Source: Paludibacteraceae bacterium (GTDB lineage: Bacteria; Bacteroidota; Bacteroidia; Bacteroidales; Paludibacteraceae). From it: a stretch of DNA of 64,000 bases. Made by a program: the position numbers and the translations under genes. Within the stretch, counting starts at the first letter, position 1; the number at the start of each line of letters is the position of its first letter. Where the stretch lies: positions 32,827-96,826 of the forward strand of contig JAKSNW010000004.1 of NCBI GenBank assembly GCA_024405895.1. The letters run 5' to 3'. Under the pieces are notes generated by a model, which was not told the DNA's origin, searched no databases, and was given only the letters and a program-made list of their open reading frames with translations. Below are positions 57,686 to 64,000 of the stretch, piece by piece.

Positions 57686-58291
57686 ATGACTTTCACACAA
57701 CAAAGCATACAAATCTTCCGCGAAGCCATCAACAACTATCACCAAACCGATAACGTTGATACCCCGATGGCAAATCCTTATGCCGCTGCCACCATCGAGT
57801 TCCACCTCTACCACAAGGCATGGATCGACACTGTGCAATGGCACTTGGAAGACATCATCCGCGATCCAGAAATCTCACCTGCTGAGGCTTTGGTCATCAA
57901 ACGCAGAATCGACAAATCCAATCAGGACCGCACCGACCTCGTGGAGATGATTGACAGCTATTTCTGGGAGAAATATCACAACGTTGCTCCAAAAGCCAAC
58001 GCCCGTCTCAACACCGAGACACCAGCCTGGGCATTCGACCGTCTTTCTATCCTCCAACTCAAAATCTACCACATGAATGTAGAGGTGGAGCGCAAAGAGG
58101 CAACGGCTGAACACCGCGAGAAATGTCAGGCAAAACTCAACGTCTTGCTCCAACAGCAGGAAGACCTCTCTACCGCCATCCAACAACTCATGGAAAACCT
58201 CGAGAGTGGCGAGGTGGTGATGAAGGTTTACAAACAGATGAAAATGTACAACGACCCAGCCTTGAACCCTGTGCTCTACGCTGGCAAGTAA
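57686..58291 (+). CDS. DUF4254-like protein
   Basis: 201 aa. The call rests on its position immediately upstream of a GT9 heptosyltransferase-like gene, as I remember for DUF4254 in Bacteroidota, plus its helical composition. Confidence 0.55.
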   Translation: MTFTQQSIQIFREAINNYHQTDNVDTPMANPYAAATIEFHLYHKAWIDTVQWHLEDIIRDPEISPAEALVIKRRIDKSNQDRTDLVEMIDSYFWEKYHNVAPKANARLNTETPAWAFDRLSILQLKIYHMNVEVERKEATAEHREKCQAKLNVLLQQQEDLSTAIQQLMENLESGEVVMKVYKQMKMYNDPALNPVLYAGK

Positions 58292-58297
58292 CACGAT

Positions 58298-59308
58298 ATG
58301 AAGAAACTGCTCGTCATACGATTCTCTGCCCTCGGCGATGTGGCGATGTCTATACCTTTGGTATTGGCCATTGCCCGTCAGTATCCCGACACAGAGATTA
58401 CGTTTCTGAGCAAAAAGAATTGCGCCCCGCTCTTTGCCTCAATGCCCGAGAATGTCAAGTTTCTCGGAGCCGACTTCAAGGGAGAGCACAAAGGGCATTT
58501 CGGTTGGCAACGACTGATGCACGAACTGAATATCCGTCAGTTTGATGCTGTTGCCGATCTTCACGGACTGTTCCGTTCCCGTCGCATCGCCCTCAATGCC
58601 TGGTTACGAGGCAAAAAGATTGCCACCATCAACAAAGGGAAACGGGAACGCAAGCAACTCACCCGCGAGAAGGACAAAATCTTTGCCCCCATCCGTCCCG
58701 TCATCGAGTGTTATCAGTCGGTGTTTCAGAAATTGGGTTATGATATCCCATTGGATTTCCCTGACCCTATCTATCCGAGACAGACTCAAGCCGAAGGCAT
58801 TGAAATAGGCATCGCCCCGTTTGCACAACACCAAGGGAAAATCTATCCTTTGGAGAAGATGGAGAAGGTGGTGGAACTGTTGAGTCAGCAACCCAACACA
58901 CAGATTCTGTTATTCGGTGCTGGCGAGAAAGAGATGGCTGCCATCAACGACTGGTGCAGCCGCTATCCTCACACCCAATCGGCCAAACAGTTGGGTGGCA
59001 TGGAAGGAGAACTAAAACGTATGGCTCAACTCAATGTGATGCTCTCCATGGACTCTGCCAATATGCACTTCGCCGCATTGACCCACACGCCAACAGTCTC
59101 CATCTGGGGAGCCACCCATCCTTACTGCGGTTTCTTGGGTTGGCAAGCAAAAGACTCTGTCGTTCTTCAAACAGAGTTACCCTGCCGACCTTGTTCCGCT
59201 TACGGCAACAAGCCTTGTCTGCGTGGAGACTACGCCTGTCTTCATGCCATCACACCCGAACAAGTGGTTGAGGCTATCAACCAACTGATTCAACAACAAA
59301 AATCATAA
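58298..59308 (+). CDS. glycosyltransferase family 9 (heptosyltransferase-like)
   Basis: 336 aa. LLVIRFSALGDVAMSIP and the C-terminal pattern (SMDSANMHFAAL...VSIWGATHP) support the call. Confidence 0.8.
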   Translation: MKKLLVIRFSALGDVAMSIPLVLAIARQYPDTEITFLSKKNCAPLFASMPENVKFLGADFKGEHKGHFGWQRLMHELNIRQFDAVADLHGLFRSRRIALNAWLRGKKIATINKGKRERKQLTREKDKIFAPIRPVIECYQSVFQKLGYDIPLDFPDPIYPRQTQAEGIEIGIAPFAQHQGKIYPLEKMEKVVELLSQQPNTQILLFGAGEKEMAAINDWCSRYPHTQSAKQLGGMEGELKRMAQLNVMLSMDSANMHFAALTHTPTVSIWGATHPYCGFLGWQAKDSVVLQTELPCRPCSAYGNKPCLRGDYACLHAITPEQVVEAINQLIQQQKS

Positions 59309-59312
59309 TCTC

Positions 59313-61283
59313 ATGCGAATCGATACATACAGACCCCTCAGCACACAAGAGATTGCAACGTTAGAGCGACAACACTGCAAAGCCTCCGACTGGAATCTCA
59401 TTCAAGTGAAAGACGGCTTCGACGTTACACGCCTGGAAAGCGTCTCATTTATCGGTTCCAACACCATCGGCAACTTCTCAGCCTCAACGACCACTTCGGA
59501 AGGACTCGTTCTCCCAAACGGCATCTACCATGCCACATTGCAGAACTGCATCGTTGACGATGAAGTACTCATCTATAATATCGAACGGGCAATCGTTAAC
59601 TGCCACATTGAACACCATGCCGTCGTTCTCAACTGCGACACCATCGCCTGCGTAGGCACATCGTCGTTCGGCTGCGGCACCACAGTCTCCGTCCTCAACG
59701 AGACTGGCGGTCGCGAAGTAAAACTTTGTCCCGAACTCACCGCCCAGGTGGCTTATCTCCTTGCTTTCTATCGTCACGACGAAGCACTCATCCAAGCCAT
59801 CAATCACGCCATCGACCTCCAGACCAAGCAGCATCAATCTGACACACTCACCATTGGCGAGCACGCACAGGTCATCGGCTGCAAAGAGATTCGCAACGTC
59901 AACATCGGTGCCTATGCCAACATCCACAACGCCACACTGCTCCATAACGGTACCATCGTCTCCGACCAAAGCTTTCCTGCCGAAGTGGGCGACAACGTGA
60001 TTGCCCGTGATTTCATCACCCTTTGGGGAAGCCAAATCACCGAAGGAGCGTTGTTGGAACGCACCTTTGTGGGCGAAGGAAGCATCGTAGGCAAACAGTT
60101 CTCCGCTGCCGAATCGCTCATCTTTGCCAACTGCCAACTCTTTCACGGTGAGTCATGCGCCATCATCGCAGGACCATTCACCGTGAGTCATCATAAATCC
60201 ACCTTGCTCATCGGCGGCTACTACTCCTTCTTCAACGCAGGCAGTGGCAGCAATCAGAGCAACCACATGTATCGTCTCGGCGCTTCCCACCAAGGCATCT
60301 GCGAACGTGGTGTGAAAACCACCAGCGATTCCTACATTCTCTGGCCTGCCCGTTTCGGTGCTTTCTCCTTGGTGAAAGGTCGTCATCAGAGACACAGCGA
60401 CACCTCCAACTATCCGTTCTCTTTCCTCATCGAAAACAACGGCAACTACACCATGAAGTTAGGTGCTGCACTCCGTTCTGCCGGAGCCTTACGCGACGAA
60501 CGCAAGTGGAAGAAACGCGACCTCCGCAAGCCATCTCACCAGCATGACATCATCAACTTCGAGATGCTTTCCCCATACACCATCGGCAAGATAGGTCAAT
60601 CGCTTCTTTTGCTTCGGCAGTTGGACAAAACCTTAGGCAACGACACCACCATTGATATCAAGGACTACAATGTGAGTCGTCGCGGACTCACCTCCGGCAT
60701 CCAACTCTACGAAGATGCCATCAGCCGATTCTTGGCTCAAGCCATCATACAACGACTCAAAGGCAAATCGTTCTGCACGAAAACCGAATTGCTCTCATTG
60801 CTCCAACCATCCAACGGACAACAAAAGGCTTCCGAATGGATCGACCTCAACGGCATGATGACCACCACATCGGTTATCGATATGCTCTGCCAAGACATCG
60901 TTGCCAAACAACTCACGCTGAACGAAATAAACGCCGAGTTGCACCAAATCAACAGCCGTCACGACGAATACCTCTGGGAGTTTGCAGCCACTCTGCTCTC
61001 TCTCTCCGACCTCAACGCTATCGTAGCCATTCTTTCCGACTATCCACAACGCTGCCACAACCATCTTGCAGCCGTTGAACACGACGTCTGCAAGGAGTTT
61101 GCCTCTAACATGCAGGTAGGTTACGGCATCGACGGTGACGAAAAGAGACGAACAGCCGATTTCGCTGCCGTTCACGGCAACAGCAACGACGAGCCATTCC
61201 TCAAAGACTACCAACAGGAAGTGTTGACTTCCGTCAACGAAGCCCAACTCCTCCTTCAACGCATCCAATCTCTGGAATCATGA
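59313..61283 (+). CDS. DUF4954-like protein (left-handed beta-helix type)
   Basis: 656 aa with hexapeptide-like repeats in the N-terminal half. Family assignment is from memory of a Bacteroidota gene adjacent to recF. Confidence 0.55.
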   Translation: MRIDTYRPLSTQEIATLERQHCKASDWNLIQVKDGFDVTRLESVSFIGSNTIGNFSASTTTSEGLVLPNGIYHATLQNCIVDDEVLIYNIERAIVNCHIEHHAVVLNCDTIACVGTSSFGCGTTVSVLNETGGREVKLCPELTAQVAYLLAFYRHDEALIQAINHAIDLQTKQHQSDTLTIGEHAQVIGCKEIRNVNIGAYANIHNATLLHNGTIVSDQSFPAEVGDNVIARDFITLWGSQITEGALLERTFVGEGSIVGKQFSAAESLIFANCQLFHGESCAIIAGPFTVSHHKSTLLIGGYYSFFNAGSGSNQSNHMYRLGASHQGICERGVKTTSDSYILWPARFGAFSLVKGRHQRHSDTSNYPFSFLIENNGNYTMKLGAALRSAGALRDERKWKKRDLRKPSHQHDIINFEMLSPYTIGKIGQSLLLLRQLDKTLGNDTTIDIKDYNVSRRGLTSGIQLYEDAISRFLAQAIIQRLKGKSFCTKTELLSLLQPSNGQQKASEWIDLNGMMTTTSVIDMLCQDIVAKQLTLNEINAELHQINSRHDEYLWEFAATLLSLSDLNAIVAILSDYPQRCHNHLAAVEHDVCKEFASNMQVGYGIDGDEKRRTADFAAVHGNSNDEPFLKDYQQEVLTSVNEAQLLLQRIQSLES

Positions 61284-62386
61284 ACCTGACGTTGCAACAA
61301 CTCACCCTACTCAACTACCGCAACATTGCGGAGTGCACCATCGAGTTTTCCGACAAGATCAACTGCTTTGTCGGCAACAACGGCATGGGCAAGACCAACC
61401 TCATCGACGCCATCTACCATCTCTCTTTCTGCAAGAGCCGTCTCAATCCGATTGACGCACAGAACATACGTCATGGCAGCGAGGTATTCATGATTCAAGG
61501 CGAATATCTCCGTGGCGAACAGACCGAAGTCATCAACTGCGGTGTGAAACCACGCGTCAAGAAGCAATTCTCTCGCAACAAGAAACGCTACACTCGCATG
61601 GCAGACCACATCGGCTTCCTGCCGTTGGTCATCATCTCGCCAGCCGACGAAGCACTCATCAAAGACGGCAGCGAGGAACGGAGAAAATTCCTCGACATCG
61701 CTATCTCGCAATACGATGCCAACTACCTCGCATCACTCACCGCCTACAACACTGCCCTCACCAACCGCAACGCATTGATGAAGGAAGAGGTGGAACCCGA
61801 CTCCACCGTTTTGGAAATCATCGAGATGCAGATGGAACAGGCAGCCACCTATATCTATGCCCGCCGTCGCGAGTTCATCGACATGTTCACCCCGCTCTTT
61901 GAGAAATACTACCAAGCCATCTCGCAGAGCCACGAGGAGGTAACACTCAACTACGTCTCACACCTTGCCAAGCCACAACCGCTGACCGAGCAACTCAAAG
62001 AGGTCTATCTCCGCGACCGCATCCTCGGCTACACCACACGCGGCAGCCACAAAGACGACATCGAGATATTTATCAACAGTCACCCTATCAAGCACACCGC
62101 CTCACAAGGACAGAACAAAACCACACTCATTGCCATGAAGATGGCACAGTTCTCACTGCTGAAGCAACATTGCTCAGCCACCCCATTGTTCCTCCTCGAC
62201 GACATCTTCGACAAACTCGATGCCAACCGTGTGGCACATATAATAAATATAGTATCAGGCGACGAGTTCGGACAGATATTCATCACCGACACCAACCGCC
62301 TGCATATCGACCAACTGCTTCAACATGCCGACTGTCCTGCCCGACTCTTCCTCGTGGACAACGGCGAAATCACTCCTCAGAACTAA
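61280..62386 (+). CDS. recF: DNA replication and repair protein RecF
   Basis: 368 aa with Walker A (GNNGMGKTN), an SMC-like signature (ASQGQNKT) and Walker B (LFLLDDIFDKLD). Its ATGA start overlaps the upstream gene. Confidence 0.9.
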   Translation: MNLTLQQLTLLNYRNIAECTIEFSDKINCFVGNNGMGKTNLIDAIYHLSFCKSRLNPIDAQNIRHGSEVFMIQGEYLRGEQTEVINCGVKPRVKKQFSRNKKRYTRMADHIGFLPLVIISPADEALIKDGSEERRKFLDIAISQYDANYLASLTAYNTALTNRNALMKEEVEPDSTVLEIIEMQMEQAATYIYARRREFIDMFTPLFEKYYQAISQSHEEVTLNYVSHLAKPQPLTEQLKEVYLRDRILGYTTRGSHKDDIEIFINSHPIKHTASQGQNKTTLIAMKMAQFSLLKQHCSATPLFLLDDIFDKLDANRVAHIINIVSGDEFGQIFITDTNRLHIDQLLQHADCPARLFLVDNGEITPQN

Positions 62387-62399
62387 ACAACAATACACT

Positions 62400-62987
62400 A
62401 TGAGATATCCATACTTTCTATTAGCCGTTCTGTTTCTGCTGACCACAGCATGCAAACATCAGCCTACCAACGGCTCGGAAACAGCCAACGGCTCCACCGC
62501 CACCGCAGAAGAGTGGGTGGAAAACGAAAACCACGACTACATCGTGAACCTCGGCGACATGGCTCCCGACTTCACCCTCGTTGACATGGAAGGCAACGAA
62601 GTAACACTCTCCTCACTACGTGGCAAAATCGTCATGCTTCAATTCACCGCCAGTTGGTGTGGTGTTTGCCGCAAAGAGATGCCACAGATTGAACAACAGA
62701 TTTGGCAACAACACAAAGACAACCCCAACTTCGCACTCTTCGGTGTGGATCGCGAAGACGACTTCGAGACCACCACACGCTTCATCCAAAAGACAGGCAT
62801 CACCTACCCAATGCTTCGCGACACCGTTGCTGCTGCCTTCGACCTCTATGCCATCCACGACTCAGGCATCACACGCAACGTAGTGATTGACAAAGAGGGA
62901 AAAATCGTGATGATGACCCGCCTCTACGACGAAGAAGAGTTCGCACGTCTCTGCGAAACGCTCAACACACTGCTCAACGAACAATAA
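62400..62987 (+). CDS. TlpA/AhpC-family thiol-disulfide oxidoreductase lipoprotein
   Basis: The ATG at 62400 gives MRYPYFLLAVLFLLTTAC (lipobox), and there is a thioredoxin-fold motif (FTASWCGVCRKEMP). Confidence 0.8.
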   Translation: MRYPYFLLAVLFLLTTACKHQPTNGSETANGSTATAEEWVENENHDYIVNLGDMAPDFTLVDMEGNEVTLSSLRGKIVMLQFTASWCGVCRKEMPQIEQQIWQQHKDNPNFALFGVDREDDFETTTRFIQKTGITYPMLRDTVAAAFDLYAIHDSGITRNVVIDKEGKIVMMTRLYDEEEFARLCETLNTLLNEQ

Positions 62988-63015
62988 ACCCATTGCAAAA
63001 ACCTATTTTTTTTAG

Positions 63016-63023
63016 TATCTTTG
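63016..63023 (+). promoter_or_regulatory. -7 promoter box TATCTTTG
   Basis: 23 nt upstream of the ATG at 63046. Confidence 0.45.
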
Positions 63024-63045
63024 CAACATCAAAAGTAATTAGACA

Positions 63046-63471
63046 ATGGAAGAATTGCAATTCAAACATAGCGTGCCCATCCAACTGCGATTCAACGACA
63101 CCGACAGCCTCGGACACGTCAACAACTCCGTATATTTCTCATTCTACGACCTCGGCAAAACATCCTATTTCTCTGCCTTGAAAGGAGAAATCGTCACACC
63201 TCAGCGTGTTGACGTCGTAGTAGCCCATGCCGAAGTCGATTTCCTCAAACCCGTCTTCCTCGACAGCAACGTAGAGGTGCAGACCACCGTCAGCCACATC
63301 GGCAACAAGAGTTTCACCCTCGTTCAACGCATCATCGACGTGAAACACAACGATGTGAAATGCGTCTGCAAGACCATCATGGTAGGCTTCGACTACAAAA
63401 ACAACGTCACCATCCCCATCTCCGACGATTGGCGTCAGATGATCGAGAAATTCGAAGGACGCAAATACTAA
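63046..63471 (+). CDS. 4HBT/YbgC-type acyl-CoA thioesterase
   Basis: 141 aa. RFNDTDSLGHVNNSVYFSFYD is the typical hotdog-fold thioesterase motif. Confidence 0.8.
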   Translation: MEELQFKHSVPIQLRFNDTDSLGHVNNSVYFSFYDLGKTSYFSALKGEIVTPQRVDVVVAHAEVDFLKPVFLDSNVEVQTTVSHIGNKSFTLVQRIIDVKHNDVKCVCKTIMVGFDYKNNVTIPISDDWRQMIEKFEGRKY

Positions 63472-63517
63472 CCTCAGCAAAACCTTTTAGTTTACTAACC
63501 CTTAATAATCAATCACA

Positions 63518-64000
63518 ATGAAACTTACAAACAAAATGTTTGCAGAATGTCTCGGCACATTCTGGCTCGTTTTAGGCGGTTGCGGAACAGCGTTGTTCGG
63601 TCACGTTGGTTTCCTCGGCGTATCACTGGCATTCGGTCTCACCGTAGTGACAATGGCTTATGGCATCGGTCACATCTCAGGTGCTCACCTCAACCCAGCA
63701 GTATCATTCGGTTGCTTCGTTAACGGCCGCATGACAGTAACAGAAATGTTGGCCTACTGGGCAGCTCAAATCGTTGGTGCCATCATCGCAGCTGGCGTAT
63801 TGTTTGCTATTGTAAAGACAGCAGGTATGGAAGTAGGCACATTTGCTGCCAACGGTTTCGGCGACTTCTTCGGCGAGGCAGACATGGCTGCAGGCTATCT
63901 CCACACCAACGCATGCGGTGCCTTCATCGTTGAGGCAGTGCTCACCTTCGTATTCCTCTTGGTTATCCTCGGCTCAACCGACGAGCGTGCCAACACCAAA
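63518..64000 (+). CDS. aqpZ: aquaporin Z (MIP family), partial; the 3' end lies outside the window
   Basis: My translation from the ATG at 63518 gives MKLTNKMFAECLGTFWLVLGGCG...GHISGAHLNPAVSFG (first NPA box). The frame is open to the window end. It is absent from the ORF track because no stop is present. Confidence 0.88.
   Translation, partial: MKLTNKMFAECLGTFWLVLGGCGTALFGHVGFLGVSLAFGLTVVTMAYGIGHISGAHLNPAVSFGCFVNGRMTVTEMLAYWAAQIVGAIIAAGVLFAIVKTAGMEVGTFAANGFGDFFGEADMAAGYLHTNACGAFIVEAVLTFVFLLVILGSTDERANTK

Overview
This is a chromosomal window from a Bacteroidota genome. The evidence for the phylum is TAnnTTTG -7 promoter boxes upstream of most genes, a T9SS PorV gene, and DUF4270/DUF4954/DUF4254-type genes. 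A Prevotella-like organism is my guess only. Most of the window is ordinary housekeeping: korAB, ettA, purHN, corA, rsmA, a two-component pair, panB, miaA, nadE, ispF, porV, arginase plus ornithine aminotransferase, lon, tRNA-Lys, clpC-like, metG, recF and aqpZ. The exception is a roughly 10.5 kb all-minus-strand block at about 38.4-48.9 kb, between a tRNA-Lys/GH25 lysozyme locus and clpC. By eye it looks AT-richer and mosaic in composition (not computed), and it is bracketed by two similar hairpins. It contains: (1) two tandem 361-aa WYL-domain paralogs; (2) two decayed small ORFs; (3) a cytoplasmic histidine kinase whose sensor region looks like a catalytically degenerate HsdM-type N6-methyltransferase plus a TRD-like specificity domain; (4) a receiver-domain protein with an unrecognised C-terminal domain; (5) a small very basic ORF; (6) two paralogous small proteins; (7) a PIF1/RecD-like SF1B helicase with a helical-repeat tail. 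Three promoters in the block share the same inverted repeat (WTGGTWC-N11-GAACCAW) at an identical distance from their -7 boxes, which ties the kinase/receiver pair, the basic ORF and the helicase operon into one putative regulon. I consider this a candidate undescribed defence-like two-component system. Also worth a look are an 84-bp tandem repeat array in a 1.5 kb non-coding gap at 24.6-25.2 kb, and a related short motif upstream of metG. All family assignments come from reading the translations by eye. No database search was run.
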